A stretch of DNA of 64,000 bases from assembly GCA_000004985.1 (NCBI GenBank), contig GG738902.1; one strand, given 5' to 3'. Below, one piece after another: positions 53,641 through 64,000 of the stretch. The DNA is from Naegleria gruberi. Its lineage: Eukaryota. Below the pieces are notes generated by a model. That model saw only the letters and a program-made list of their open reading frames with translations. It did no database searches and was not told where the DNA came from. The position numbers and the translations under genes are program-made. Position 1 is the stretch's first letter. Each line of letters starts with the position of its first letter.

Positions 53641-56364
53641 TTACATGACTGAACACTTCTCATCATTTGACTTTTCCTTATTGTTCCTCTTCTTTTTCTT
53701 TCCTTCACTTTGATCATCAGTGTCAGATTCACTATCTTCATCATCTTTATCAGACAATGATCGAGCCAATGGTAAAATGTAATCATCAGCAGCAGAGACA
53801 CCCTTTCTCTTTTCATTGTAAGTCCATTGTAATTCACCATCTTCAATTCTGTAAGCAGAACAAATAGCAACACCCTTATCAGGCTTAACAAGAGGTGTGA
53901 AGAAAGATCTCACTACACACAATTGAGGATTACTAATAGTCTTGTCGTCTGTCTTTTTGGTTGCGAAACGTTTGCAGAATGAAATGTCAAAGCCCTTTTC
54001 AGCCTCTGACAAATCTCCACCATTTCCATGGTAACATTCATGAACCTTTTGCCATTTGACAGCACCATCCTTCAAATTAATGGCTATCAGTTGAACATCA
54101 ACACGTTGTTGAATAGTGAGGAATCTACGTTGATCAATAACTTGTCTAGAAAAGACCATTATTCTTGATTCTTCATTAGTATTCAAAAGAGGAGAAGAAA
54201 TGGAATGTTGAATATGTGAAAATTCAAACATGAATTGAGCATCCTTCTTCCATGAGAATGGTTGACTCCACTTGAGTTGGAAAGTTCCTTCTTGAACTGA
54301 TTTTTGAGATTGAACAAATTCATAGAATGAAATTGTTTTTTCGTCCTTTTGAATGGAAATGAAACCGTCCAATCTTGGAATACCTGGCTTGGTTTCGTTT
54401 GTTTGCTTTTCAACAATGATAATTCTATCATGTGAAACACCAGTCAATAATTGATCAATGTGGAGAATTCTACCAATATCTGGTTGAATAATTGCCCATT
54501 CATTCTTTTCACCAACAAGGAAGTGCCAATCAGTGATATCCTTGAACAATAAAGTCTTGGTCTTATTTTTGGTAGTGCTGTAGGAATTGGTTTGTGGAAT
54601 TTCACAAAGTTTCTTAATACTAATAATATGAGTTCTCTTTCCTTCTCTATTAACAATTCTCATTTCACCTTCAAATTCATTTACAATACAGAAAACTGGA
54701 GATTTCTTTGGTCTGAACATCATTTGTCTATCTCTTGATTGTCCAGAAGCAGAAACACTAACTGTTAAAGTGTTACCATCAAAAATATATAACTTTGGCT
54801 TTTCAATAAATCCATATGAAGTACTTCTGCTACTGCTACTATTACTTGTCTTGAAACTTTGTGTTCCAGAAGTAGTAGTGGTAATGTCACTACTTGTAAC
54901 AGGTGACAAGACAACATGTTGAGTATCGAGTGGATTTGTGAAAATGGTACTGATAGTGTGTGGAACTTGTGAATTAGTTGGAGTGGAATCATTTACACTT
55001 GGTGATAGACCAGGAATTGAAATGGTTCTTGTTCCTCTTGATTCACCAACTTGTTTAGTTTGTTCATCAGTCCAAATACTTGTCTGTTTGGAGAAATCAA
55101 TGCTCTTATCACGTACAATATTCTCACCAATTAAAACACAAATACCATCAAAGAAATCTTGTTTTCTATTATTTCCATTAACTTCAGTGAATGAAGAAAC
55201 GCAAGAAACACGTTCTCTCTTTTCATTAATCATGTGAAATTTAGTAATTGGATCATTAACAATCAAATTGACCTTTAAACCATTCTTCTTATTAAAACAA
55301 ATAACTTGTTGTGGAAGTTGAACAATGATACTATTCTCAGTTTGTGTGAAAGCATTAATAAATAAATAATTCACACGTCTACTTGATGGCAATTTCTCAT
55401 CAATTAGCTCACTCCACCTAACACACAAACCCAACAAATCAAAACAACCCAAAATGTTACCATACATGATATACACATAATGTCCATCATATAAATATAA
55501 ACAACTGTAATTTGTATATTGATAGGACAAATCAGGAGAGTCATTATAAGCTGTCAATGGATACAAATGTGTAACTTCATCTCCACACAATCCCTTAGGA
55601 ACTGGAGTTGCAGAAGTTCCAACCAAATTTGAATTATTTCCTCCTGTGGCACTACCAATAGAATTGCTAGAATTACCTCCTACATTTGGAGTAGTAGCAG
55701 TAGTATTAGTAGAAGAAGAAGTATTAGAAGAAGTATTCTTCAATGGAGTACTTGGTGAATTTGGTTGTTGAAGTTGCAATTGTTGTTGAGAAGACAAGGA
55801 TGATGAAGAATTGCTTGCTGGAAGAGAACCACCTTGTTGTAAAGCAAGTGCAGCAGTAGAGAGGACAATATTTGGTTGTTGAGATGAAGACAATTGTGAA
55901 GAGGATGAGGAAGCACTTCCACCACTTGTCTTACTGTCAGTAGTATTCAATGATTTTTGAATGACAGGTTCAGTATTTTGATATTGTGCAGGAATATGTG
56001 TATACAGAATAGTTACTCGTCTATTTTCTCTATTATAAGAATTTGATGTTGTTGTTGTATTAGAATTTGTATTTCCATAATGTCTAGAATAAATAGTTTC
56101 AAAAACAGACTTTCTAATAATTTCACGATCATTAAAATCAAATATACGTGCTCCTGTTGATGCGTCAAATAGAATATTATTGAATAAACAGCAACGATTT
56201 GGTGTGTGAAGAACTTGATATTGGAAACGCAAAGATTCCAAACAAAATGATGAAGAAACATGTAAAAGTGAATTGTTAATTTCATCATAGGTTAGGAATG
56301 GGAAAATATGTGGAAGGAGAAGTGAGAGTGCTTCTCCTTTATTGTTGGTGGTGGAAGAAGACAT
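53641..56364 (-). CDS. Large hypothetical protein of 907 aa with an N-terminal F-box-like motif and Ser/Thr/Gln-rich low-complexity regions.
   Basis: The N-terminus LSLLLPHIFPFLTYDEINNSLLHVSSSF is F-box-like. A long poly-S/T/Q region follows, then a C-terminal globular part that may be a beta-propeller and an acidic tail. Confidence 0.45.
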   Translation of the reverse strand: MSSSTTNNKGEALSLLLPHIFPFLTYDEINNSLLHVSSSFCLESLRFQYQVLHTPNRCCLFNNILFDASTGARIFDFNDREIIRKSVFETIYSRHYGNTNSNTTTTSNSYNRENRRVTILYTHIPAQYQNTEPVIQKSLNTTDSKTSGGSASSSSSQLSSSQQPNIVLSTAALALQQGGSLPASNSSSSLSSQQQLQLQQPNSPSTPLKNTSSNTSSSTNTTATTPNVGGNSSNSIGSATGGNNSNLVGTSATPVPKGLCGDEVTHLYPLTAYNDSPDLSYQYTNYSCLYLYDGHYVYIMYGNILGCFDLLGLCVRWSELIDEKLPSSRRVNYLFINAFTQTENSIIVQLPQQVICFNKKNGLKVNLIVNDPITKFHMINEKRERVSCVSSFTEVNGNNRKQDFFDGICVLIGENIVRDKSIDFSKQTSIWTDEQTKQVGESRGTRTISIPGLSPSVNDSTPTNSQVPHTISTIFTNPLDTQHVVLSPVTSSDITTTTSGTQSFKTSNSSSSRSTSYGFIEKPKLYIFDGNTLTVSVSASGQSRDRQMMFRPKKSPVFCIVNEFEGEMRIVNREGKRTHIISIKKLCEIPQTNSYSTTKNKTKTLLFKDITDWHFLVGEKNEWAIIQPDIGRILHIDQLLTGVSHDRIIIVEKQTNETKPGIPRLDGFISIQKDEKTISFYEFVQSQKSVQEGTFQLKWSQPFSWKKDAQFMFEFSHIQHSISSPLLNTNEESRIMVFSRQVIDQRRFLTIQQRVDVQLIAINLKDGAVKWQKVHECYHGNGGDLSEAEKGFDISFCKRFATKKTDDKTISNPQLCVVRSFFTPLVKPDKGVAICSAYRIEDGELQWTYNEKRKGVSAADDYILPLARSLSDKDDEDSESDTDDQSEGKKKKRNNKEKSNDEKCSVM

Positions 56365-56542
56365 TTTTTTAATAATAAAAAATAAAATTTAAACACTTGA
56401 TGGTTGACATGTTAGAGGTCACTTTTTAACACTGAAAATGTGAATGATGGGTTGTTGTGAGCAAATTCTCTCTCAATAGGATATTATCTGAGAAGACTAT
56501 TAAATTCCTTAGTAATTAATAAATATAAAACTTTGATGATTT

Positions 56543-59500
56543 TTATTGTCTTGAACATTGTGGATATTGTGAATTTCTAGAACTTGAAACAATCATAGCT
56601 GCTGTTAATCCTCTTTCATATTCACTGATAACACTGGAAAAGACATCTTTGAAATTTTCATAGTTGGCATCTTTGAGATATGACACAATATCAACATCAT
56701 CAATGGTTCTGACAAAGTCTTGTGAGTAGCTTGCTGGTGCAGTGAGAGAAAGTCCACGAATCATTCCAAACCACGAATATTCTGATTCCAAATCATTTTC
56801 AATTGCTGCCTTGTATTGATTTTTGATGTCGTTAAAGAAATTTTCATCCAATTCTTTCTTGAGTGATGAAATCCAAAATTCTACACTTCTTTGAATGTTG
56901 AGAATATCCTGACTATGGTTTGGATAGTCACCAGTTAAGAACATGGTTGTAGCAAGTCCAAAACCATTCAAAGACAAAGTTGACATTGTTCTAGAGACGG
57001 CAAAATATGAAAAACCACCTTGTGAACGAATTACTTCAAAGGAGTAAGCTGAAAGCAAGGCTTGTTGCAAGAGAGCTCTTGAGAGTGATGGGTTGGCAGC
57101 ATTTGCACCTTTGATTGGATAAATAGCTGTAACTAGAGCCTTTTCTCCAGCATAGGAGTTAACTTCACATGAATAGGTAGAATTAACAAGTGGAGATGTC
57201 TTTGGGAATGTTACTTCAAAGTTAGAAGCTTGATTCTTATCATAAAGATCAAAACCGACAATGGTTGGCTTTTGCTTAACTGGAATAGATCCGAACCATG
57301 TCTCTAATTGAGGCATAATGTTGTCAATAGAGACATCACCAACGATATTAATTTCAAATCTATTGATCAACTTTTCACCATCTTTCATAATTGAGAAGTG
57401 TTGGGAAACCCATTCTTGTACTGAGAGTGGATTAAGTTTCTTGAGATCTTCAATAGATGTACCATGGAATCTGTGTTCATCAGGGAATGCAGACTTGAGT
57501 ACCTTTTGAACAGAGTAAGTATTAAGAGTTGAAACTGATGTGAATTGGTCATCAATTTCGGTGTTAAGTTCTTTTTGGTATTTGGTAATAACCTTTTTCT
57601 TAACGTTATTATTGAAAATAGGATTCATAGAAAGTCTCAAAAGAAGAAGCTTGTTCTTGTAATCGGTGCTATCTACTTTACACAAGTAGGAAAGGTAAGA
57701 TTCTGGATAATTGATACAGGCCTCACTCAATGTTGTACTAATACTGAGCACATCTGCTGAGCAAGAAATTGGAAGACTTGTTGACTCTGGATAGTATGAA
57801 ACAGTACTTGCAACAAACTTGGTACCACCATTATATCCTTGATTAACAAAAGTACAGGCACCTTTGATATCTGAATTTTCAGTATTTTTACCACCAAGGG
57901 CTACAATTTCAATGTATGCAAGACCTTTTTGGTAGGCCATTTTGCTGTCTGACTTCTTAATATTAACTCTAACATCATTACTGAGAGAATAGACATAAAG
58001 AGACAAGTCATCCTTCTTTTGAACTAACTTGTATCCAGAAGATGCAGTTGGAAGTGTAATACTTGGAAGAGATGCTGAAAGACTACTAAGCATTGAAAGA
58101 GTGCTGGCATCCAAAGTAGTTGAACTACTGCTTTCTGAATTAATAATGGTATTAATAAAGCTTGCAATTTGTTCCTTGGTTGGTCTAAAGGAGGCTGATT
58201 TTGGATCAGATTTACCCATAATTATAGAGGCAGACATTTGAGTTGTACGTCTAATGTTTGCATACTTGACAGGCTTATCTTTGGTAATAATATCACTCAG
58301 ACCTTGAATCAAATATTGGGCATTGGCCTTTACGTGATCAGCTGTTGAACCAAGTGCAAAACTCACTCCCAAGAATTTAGAAAGTGATGCATAATTATCA
58401 TGCACGTTCAAATATTCAAATTTTGGATCTTCGTTACCAAGTAATTCATAAACGAGGGATGTAGAATCTTGGCTGTTTGCAAAGTAGGTTGGTGCAGAGA
58501 AAACATAATCAAGGGCATAGGAAAGGGCGACCAAAAGTGCAGAAGATGGTTCATCTGCAATACTCTTCAATTCTTCAACGCCAATCTTAAAGTCTTCTCT
58601 CCAAGTTGACAATTCTGGTTGTGGGCCTGGAGTCATAATTGAACAAATACCAATCTTTGATCCAAAAGCAAATTCGTTTGTGAAACTACATCCGGCCATT
58701 CTAATTGTGAGATCAAGGTCTGGATATTGCATTGTCATCTTGGTCATTACCTGTAAGGCATAGAGAACTTGGAATGTGAGATCACCAACTTGTCTTCTAT
58801 AAAAGTTATAATCACGAGGATAACTTTGATATTCGCTTGTAGTGATCAAATTGAAGAAGATTCCATTGAGTCCATTAACTTCCTCAATTTGAATTAAAGG
58901 TTCTACTGGAGTTGCAAATCCAATTTTAGCCTCTTCTGGTTTGTTTTCAACTGTTGAAACCTTTGAGGACCAATATTCTTTTACCATCTTTTCCAATTCG
59001 TCCAATTCAAAATCGCCAACAATATATAATTTCATATTGCTAAGCTTGTACCATTTGTCGTAATATTTCTTGAGATCATTAACAGTCCAACTTCTAATAA
59101 CATCAGTCTTTCCGATTGGGAATCTCTTTCCAATAGTAAAGGTACTACCTCCGTGATTTTCAAATGTTCTAGTGAGAGCATGATAATAACTATTGTTGGC
59201 CCTTCTGGCTTCTCCAAGAACAGCTCCCTTCTCAGTTTCCACGTATTCTGCTACATATTCACTTTGTTGAACTTGTGCAAAGAAAATATCCATAATATCT
59301 TCAAAGCTTTCCTTGGTATCGTCAATCTTATTTTCCAATAATTCGTAAACAGTACTTCTAAAACTAGTGAAAGCATTAAAACCTCCAACATTGCTGTTTT
59401 CAATTTTTCTCCAAACACCACCTCTACCTTTGAATGACTTGGAATTATCAAATGCCATATGTTCAACCATGTGACTGATACCTTGTTCGCTTTCTTCTTC

Positions 59501-60052
59501 ATTCACCGAACCAGTATAAACATGTAACAAGGCACTAAATCTCTTCTTATTAAAAGTATTCTTCATCAAAACATATCCAAGTCCATTTTGGGAAATTACA
59601 CCCTTTCTAATATTCTCAGCACTGGTAGCACCGGATGTTTTCGATTCGGATACTTTGGCTTGATAATTTGTGGTAATTTGTGGTGCAAGAACCATTAATC
59701 CGAACAAGTAAACAATAAGTAGTAAAATAATACCGATTGGGATACAACAACAACAACAAGTACAACAAGTTATGATCGAATTTGACACTTTTCTCTTGTT
59801 AATCAATGGTTGTCTTGAACGTTGTCTATCATCTGCAGTATACAAATAATTTGCATCATCCATTACTCGATTTTCATAATATTGATTAGTCGATCCTGTT
59901 TCACTTCTTTCCAAAGAAGGTCTATTCAATTCTCTCATCTCCAAATTTTCTAATTGATGAGTATTCTCTTCATCGTCACTGGCGTGTATTGCATCATTGG
60001 CAGAACCCTCATCGTGGTGATGGTCCGAAGGTTGACGATGATCATCACTCAT
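56543..60052 (-). CDS. M16-family (pitrilysin/insulinase-type) zinc metallopeptidase with an N-terminal transmembrane anchor, 1169 aa.
   Basis: The inverted zinc motif HxxEH (GISHMVEHMAF) is followed by the downstream M16 signature ...NAFTSFRSTVYEL. A Cys-rich juxtamembrane segment (TCCTCCCCC) and a transmembrane helix (IGIILLLIVYLFGLMVLAP) are present. Single exon. Confidence 0.75.
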   Translation of the reverse strand: MSDDHRQPSDHHHDEGSANDAIHASDDEENTHQLENLEMRELNRPSLERSETGSTNQYYENRVMDDANYLYTADDRQRSRQPLINKRKVSNSIITCCTCCCCCIPIGIILLLIVYLFGLMVLAPQITTNYQAKVSESKTSGATSAENIRKGVISQNGLGYVLMKNTFNKKRFSALLHVYTGSVNEEESEQGISHMVEHMAFDNSKSFKGRGGVWRKIENSNVGGFNAFTSFRSTVYELLENKIDDTKESFEDIMDIFFAQVQQSEYVAEYVETEKGAVLGEARRANNSYYHALTRTFENHGGSTFTIGKRFPIGKTDVIRSWTVNDLKKYYDKWYKLSNMKLYIVGDFELDELEKMVKEYWSSKVSTVENKPEEAKIGFATPVEPLIQIEEVNGLNGIFFNLITTSEYQSYPRDYNFYRRQVGDLTFQVLYALQVMTKMTMQYPDLDLTIRMAGCSFTNEFAFGSKIGICSIMTPGPQPELSTWREDFKIGVEELKSIADEPSSALLVALSYALDYVFSAPTYFANSQDSTSLVYELLGNEDPKFEYLNVHDNYASLSKFLGVSFALGSTADHVKANAQYLIQGLSDIITKDKPVKYANIRRTTQMSASIIMGKSDPKSASFRPTKEQIASFINTIINSESSSSTTLDASTLSMLSSLSASLPSITLPTASSGYKLVQKKDDLSLYVYSLSNDVRVNIKKSDSKMAYQKGLAYIEIVALGGKNTENSDIKGACTFVNQGYNGGTKFVASTVSYYPESTSLPISCSADVLSISTTLSEACINYPESYLSYLCKVDSTDYKNKLLLLRLSMNPIFNNNVKKKVITKYQKELNTEIDDQFTSVSTLNTYSVQKVLKSAFPDEHRFHGTSIEDLKKLNPLSVQEWVSQHFSIMKDGEKLINRFEINIVGDVSIDNIMPQLETWFGSIPVKQKPTIVGFDLYDKNQASNFEVTFPKTSPLVNSTYSCEVNSYAGEKALVTAIYPIKGANAANPSLSRALLQQALLSAYSFEVIRSQGGFSYFAVSRTMSTLSLNGFGLATTMFLTGDYPNHSQDILNIQRSVEFWISSLKKELDENFFNDIKNQYKAAIENDLESEYSWFGMIRGLSLTAPASYSQDFVRTIDDVDIVSYLKDANYENFKDVFSSVISEYERGLTAAMIVSSSRNSQYPQCSRQ

Positions 60053-60651
60053 TTTTTATTTTTATTATTTTTTTTAAAATTGAAACAAATTGGAAGACTT
60101 TTTACTTGATTGTGCAGGATGACTTTTTAGTATGTTTGGTTTTGATTTTCATCTTGGGTTCTTTTGTAAGTTGTATGCATCCTGTTACCAATTGAGAAGA
60201 AGAGTACCAGAGGATTAAATTGGATGTCAGTAAGGCAAAGATCTTACTAAACAGAAGGGAATTTGTGATAAACAAATGAAATTTTACTTGTTCTACAAAA
60301 ACTCTCCCTTGTTTAGATTGGTTACCAATTTTAAATGTTCGATCTTTACAGATCGTTTTCAGATGAATTTTTTTGTAAAATTGATACATTAATTAATTCC
60401 AACAAGTATTACAATAAAGCTTGATCAAACTATTGAAATTTGAGCTTAGAGAAACAACGGAAGAATGCGTAAACACCACATAGTCCTCAATAATTTTATC
60501 CACTTGCATGGAATTTCCCATATTCTCACAGTTCGGAAGCACTTTTCACAAGATTTTTTATTCCACCATTCCAATTCTGAATATCTCATCACAGTATAAA
60601 ATCAAGTTTTCACAATAGTCTGTTTGATCAATTACAACAAATCAAAAAAAA

Positions 60652-61602
60652 ATGTCAACTGTTCTTGTTCTTGGAGCCAATGGTTATATTGGATTGGGTG
60701 TTTCACAAGCATTGCAAAGAAATGGATTCTCAGTTCATGGAGTCATTAGATCAGAAAAACATGAAAAGTTATTGTGGCAAAGTGAGATTACACCACTGAT
60801 CATTTCCAAAGCCGAAACTTTGTTTACTGAAGAAAAGTTTGGTAAAATTTTGGAAAAGACAAGTGTTATTATAGATTGTATTGGGTTGACTGAAGAAACT
60901 GACAAGTTTGTTCAATTGTTGAAAGACCATTCTGCTGAGAGATTGAAGAAGAAACTTGGAAGATTGTTATTCGTATTTACAAGTGGAATAATGACCTATG
61001 GAAATGCTTCAAGTGAAACATTTTTGGATGAGAATGTGAGACCAGAGCCAACTCATTCATGGACTGAGAAGAGAAAAAATTTCGAATTTGAATTGGTGAA
61101 TGGAGAGTTTAATTATTTGGATACTTGTGTGATTCGTCCTGGTTTCGTTTATGGAAAGAGTGGTGGTGGAATTTTCACTGATTATTTCAATCCAAAGATT
61201 ACTCAAGATGGTAAACTATCAATTGCTGGATCACCAAAGAAGAGATGGAGTTGGGTTCATGTTGATGACTTGGGAGAAGCTTATTCGAAAGTTGTACAAG
61301 TAGGAAGAAAGTTAGTTTCTGGTCAATTATTCAATATTGCAAATCCAAATGATTACCCAACCTATGATCGTGTTAGAATTGAGATTGCAAAGCAAACAGG
61401 ATGGAAACCAACCACTGAGAATGAAGCAGACTCACTTCTTATCGAGCCAGTCCCACAAGATAATGCAGGTTTAGTTATTTTTGAGAATACTGTCATGATT
61501 AATCCAAGAAAGGCAATTGAAGTGTTGGGTTGGGAACCTAAACACTTGAATTTCATTGAAAAGATTCATTTATACTATCAATCTTGGAAGAATTTGCAAT
61601 AA
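60652..61602 (+). CDS. NAD(P)-binding Rossmann-fold epimerase/dehydratase-like protein (atypical SDR/NmrA-like).
   Basis: The N-terminus VLVLGANGYIGLGVSQAL matches the GxxGxxG dinucleotide-binding motif. It is 316 aa, which is typical of this family. Confidence 0.6.
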   Translation: MSTVLVLGANGYIGLGVSQALQRNGFSVHGVIRSEKHEKLLWQSEITPLIISKAETLFTEEKFGKILEKTSVIIDCIGLTEETDKFVQLLKDHSAERLKKKLGRLLFVFTSGIMTYGNASSETFLDENVRPEPTHSWTEKRKNFEFELVNGEFNYLDTCVIRPGFVYGKSGGGIFTDYFNPKITQDGKLSIAGSPKKRWSWVHVDDLGEAYSKVVQVGRKLVSGQLFNIANPNDYPTYDRVRIEIAKQTGWKPTTENEADSLLIEPVPQDNAGLVIFENTVMINPRKAIEVLGWEPKHLNFIEKIHLYYQSWKNLQ

Positions 61603-61678
61603 TTAATTTGAAACCTTTCCAATAAACAATCTTTACATGATGCTAATCCTAAATTGGAATAAATCTCTAGTTAAATCT

Positions 61679-62347
61679 CTAGTATGTAATTTTGTGAACT
61701 TCCAAATCTTCTACTAAAAAGTTAGTATTACCAAAGTATCGTGTATTCGAATTGGGTAATTTACATTCCTCTAGAATATAGCATTCAGTTTGGTGTGAAC
61801 CAGATGAAATTTGACAATTGGCATTAGGACACACCCAAAAGCAATATCCAAATGCAAACAAGTAAGGAGCATCAGACTCTTCATATCTGTAGAGTGCATG
61901 ATCTCTATAGACTGGTTGTAATCTGAACGCATAAAACTTGTCATTCTCAAATCTGAACGTGAATAACTCATCATCATTAACATTTCTATCTCCGTCAAGT
62001 CTCAAATTCTTAGTAGTATATCCTCCAAATAAATCTCCAGCTTTTGATTTTACAATAATCACAACTTTGAAATGATCATCACAATATTTATGAAAACTCT
62101 TTAAAGAAAATCCATCCCTGCTGGCTCTGTAGAGTAATTGTGGAGGTTTGAATGTATTCAATTCCTTCCCTCTAAATAATTGATGAAATTGATGGTAATT
62201 TAATAATTTACTATTGTTTTTGGAAATGGTTCGGTAAAAGTTTGTTAATTTTGCTGATCCAAAGTGATGATCCAATTTAATAATAATTGATTCTCCTTCG
62301 TATTCTTCCTTCAATTCATCCTCCATCACATGGTTGACTATACTCAT
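61679..62347 (-). CDS. TLDc-domain protein.
   Basis: ...LLYRASRDGFSLKSFHKYCDDHFKVVIIVKSKAGDLFGGYTT... matches the TLDc consensus (LLYRaSrDGfs...FH..Cd....tl.lik...g.vFGgy). Confidence 0.7.
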   Translation of the reverse strand: MSIVNHVMEDELKEEYEGESIIIKLDHHFGSAKLTNFYRTISKNNSKLLNYHQFHQLFRGKELNTFKPPQLLYRASRDGFSLKSFHKYCDDHFKVVIIVKSKAGDLFGGYTTKNLRLDGDRNVNDDELFTFRFENDKFYAFRLQPVYRDHALYRYEESDAPYLFAFGYCFWVCPNANCQISSGSHQTECYILEECKLPNSNTRYFGNTNFLVEDLEVHKITY

Positions 62348-62412
62348 TTTTTTTTAATATTTTAATTTTAGAAATAAAGTTTAAAGTTCCTCTTTCAATT
62401 TTGAAGTACTAT

Positions 62413-62991
62413 TTATTCACAATTAGATCTATTTGGACCAGATGAACTTAGAAGTCGTTTCCTCCACAAATTATCCTTAATATTATCGGTCAGGAATTTC
62501 TTCTTTTCCTCATTAATGACATCCAAACTCATTTCCAATAAATAGAAAATCATTGCATCTAATGTACCATCATTATATATCAGAGAAACCAGTTTTTTCA
62601 CTTCCTCACCATGTCCTTCTTTGTAGAGAATGGTACATGCCTCAAAAAAGTTATGAGATTTGCTATTGTCCGACATAAATTTGTGAAATGATTTCATTAC
62701 TGGAATTATATCTTCAATTTCCAAGTCAAGGAGAATTTGAGAGAGTGGTGTGCAAATTTCAGAAACTTTGGACACGAGATGAATTTTCTTGTTGCTGGGA
62801 GATGGAAATTCAGAAATGGAGAGTTTCAATAATTCAAGTTTAAGCTCTGGTAAGATGAGAAAATCTGCCAAATTTGTCAAATCTTTTCTCAAACTATCGT
62901 TGCACTTGTCAAGTTCTTCATTGTGAAAGAATTTTTTCAATTGTTTCATGGATTTGGAGTTAAATCCAGTTCGTAAGTTTGAGTTGGCCAC
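62413..62991 (-). CDS. Hypothetical helical protein of 192 aa. It could be a separate gene or an upstream part of the TLDc locus.
   Basis: An ORF with an ATG start immediately upstream of the TLDc gene on the same strand. No domain recognised. Confidence 0.35.
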   Translation of the reverse strand: MANSNLRTGFNSKSMKQLKKFFHNEELDKCNDSLRKDLTNLADFLILPELKLELLKLSISEFPSPSNKKIHLVSKVSEICTPLSQILLDLEIEDIIPVMKSFHKFMSDNSKSHNFFEACTILYKEGHGEEVKKLVSLIYNDGTLDAMIFYLLEMSLDVINEEKKKFLTDNIKDNLWRKRLLSSSGPNRSNCE

Positions 62992-63210
62992 TTGGTAAAA
63001 TAAAAGTGGATTCTTCTAAGAAATTCCCAGAAATGAAAGCTTTCAAAACTGGTCCTTTCAATAATTCCTTTCGAATAAATATTTTGCTAGTGGTTAAAAT
63101 TATGAAGGAATTGGAAGAAACACTTTACAATGAAAATAGCCAATCGAATGTTGGAACGATTTTGCACAGGTTTGAAGGGCAAAATCGTTCTATTTTTAAA
63201 AATAAAAAAA

Positions 63211-64000
63211 ATGCACCAGATTACATTCTCTTCGAGCGTAGAGGACACTGATTGTGGTGACTATGATTCATACTCTGACAACTCCAACAGATCACAAGAC
63301 TATGATTACTACGAAGATTATGAAAGTGATTCATGTGGAGAGATCTACGAAACTAATTTTAAAGATATTGAAGAAATTACTGTCAGTTCCATTTGTCCAA
63401 GATGTAGAAAATCTATTGGTCTTGTTGCTTATTTACAAGATTATTATGAAGAAGGTGAAAGAGAAATGGGTTATGATATGGCCTTTGAATATGATGTTGG
63501 GGGTGGTTGTTGTGATAGTTGTAATAGTGAGGTTGAGCCTGAGGATTCATCATTAACAATCTACTCTTATGTGAGTGGTGGTACATTGCTGGAGGATTGT
63601 GATTTTCCAGAAGTTTCTGTGAAATTAATAGAATATTACATTAGTGATGAAGATGATGAAGATTATGATGAGGATGAAGAAGATGAAGATGATGACACTA
63701 CATTCGATATAGCTCCAGCCATTTGTTTACCTTTTCAAGGAAAAGGAGATTGTGTTGTTGTTAGATACAAGAACTTAACTTTAGGAATTGATACTGGATA
63801 TTCAAAATACTTCACCAACATTCCAAAACAATTCAACTTCTCAAAGTCCAATCATTCTTATTTAATTGTTACACATGCCGATAGTGATCATTCTGCTGCA
63901 GTAGACAAGTTTATAGAAAAAGCCAAACGAACTCCCCACTTGCTGTTCACAGATGCTAGAAAACAAGATTCTTTCAACATAGCAACAGTTCAAGATATTT
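63211..64000 (+). CDS. Metallo-beta-lactamase-fold (ComEC/Rec2-like) protein, partial; it runs off the window end. It has an acidic Cys-containing N-terminal region.
   Basis: An ATG at 63211 opens a frame that stays open to position 64000. ...VVVRYKNLTLGIDTGYS... and ...SYLIVTHADSDHSAAV resemble the DxGxG and TH.D.DH motifs of ComEC-type MBL hydrolases. Confidence 0.4.
   Translation, partial: MHQITFSSSVEDTDCGDYDSYSDNSNRSQDYDYYEDYESDSCGEIYETNFKDIEEITVSSICPRCRKSIGLVAYLQDYYEEGEREMGYDMAFEYDVGGGCCDSCNSEVEPEDSSLTIYSYVSGGTLLEDCDFPEVSVKLIEYYISDEDDEDYDEDEEDEDDDTTFDIAPAICLPFQGKGDCVVVRYKNLTLGIDTGYSKYFTNIPKQFNFSKSNHSYLIVTHADSDHSAAVDKFIEKAKRTPHLLFTDARKQDSFNIATVQDI

Noticed and set aside
1-64000. Interpretation as a prokaryotic or phage locus with operons and defence systems
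   Set aside because: Many genes need GT-AG introns of 33-156 nt with consistent phases to restore conserved proteins (QOR, KAP, p24, eIF4G, MLH1). The gene content (SNAREs, eIF4G, V-ATPase c, SMG8, ARFs) is eukaryotic.

Overview
This 64 kb window is AT-rich (roughly one third GC), gene-dense eukaryotic nuclear DNA, with about one gene per 2 kb on both strands. It is not prokaryotic. Many genes are interrupted by short GT-AG spliceosomal introns of 33-156 nt, with donors GTAAGT, GTATGT and GTTTGT and acceptors ending in AG. I could place no rRNA, tRNA, CRISPR array or obvious transposon. Note that several ORF-track 'M' starts are actually TTG or GTG; true ATGs are given where they could be checked.

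Genes recognised by motif and domain:
- MLH1 (partial, 1-1446).
- A zeta-crystallin-type quinone oxidoreductase (4 exons).
- V-ATPase proteolipid c.
- A CDKN3/KAP-like phosphatase.
- The Qb-SNARE VTI1.
- A p24/emp24 cargo receptor.
- An SFT2-domain protein.
- eIF4G (with an upstream RGG-box exon).
- An SMG8-like protein.
- An OsmC/Ohr-like protein.
- A large M16 metallopeptidase.
- A NAD(P)-dependent epimerase-like Rossmann protein.
- A TLDc protein.
- A lipoyl-domain protein.
- A metallo-beta-lactamase-fold protein (partial, 63211-64000).

Accessory-type families are also present: kelch, BTB, three F-box proteins, two DUF4116-repeat paralogs, a divergent kinase, and an 832-aa P-loop NTPase with a C-terminal region containing a candidate PD-(D/E)xK-like D...QEK motif (Crinkler/STAND-like).

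The most unusual items are:
- A six-exon gene joining collagen-like Gly-X-Y and GG[DN]-rich micro-exons to a 720-aa uncharacterised domain.
- Several paralogs with degenerate catalytic motifs: a pseudo-AspRS, ARF-like GTPases with a broken G3 motif, and a Cys-less nucleoredoxin.
- Ultra-short 33-34 nt introns.
- A stop codon inside a poly-A tract separating two same-frame ORFs.

The organism is not identifiable with confidence. It is an AT-rich microbial eukaryote with mitochondria. The lineage-expanded kelch, BTB, F-box, kinase and Crinkler-like families are reminiscent of early-diverging fungi such as Glomeromycotina, but this is speculative.
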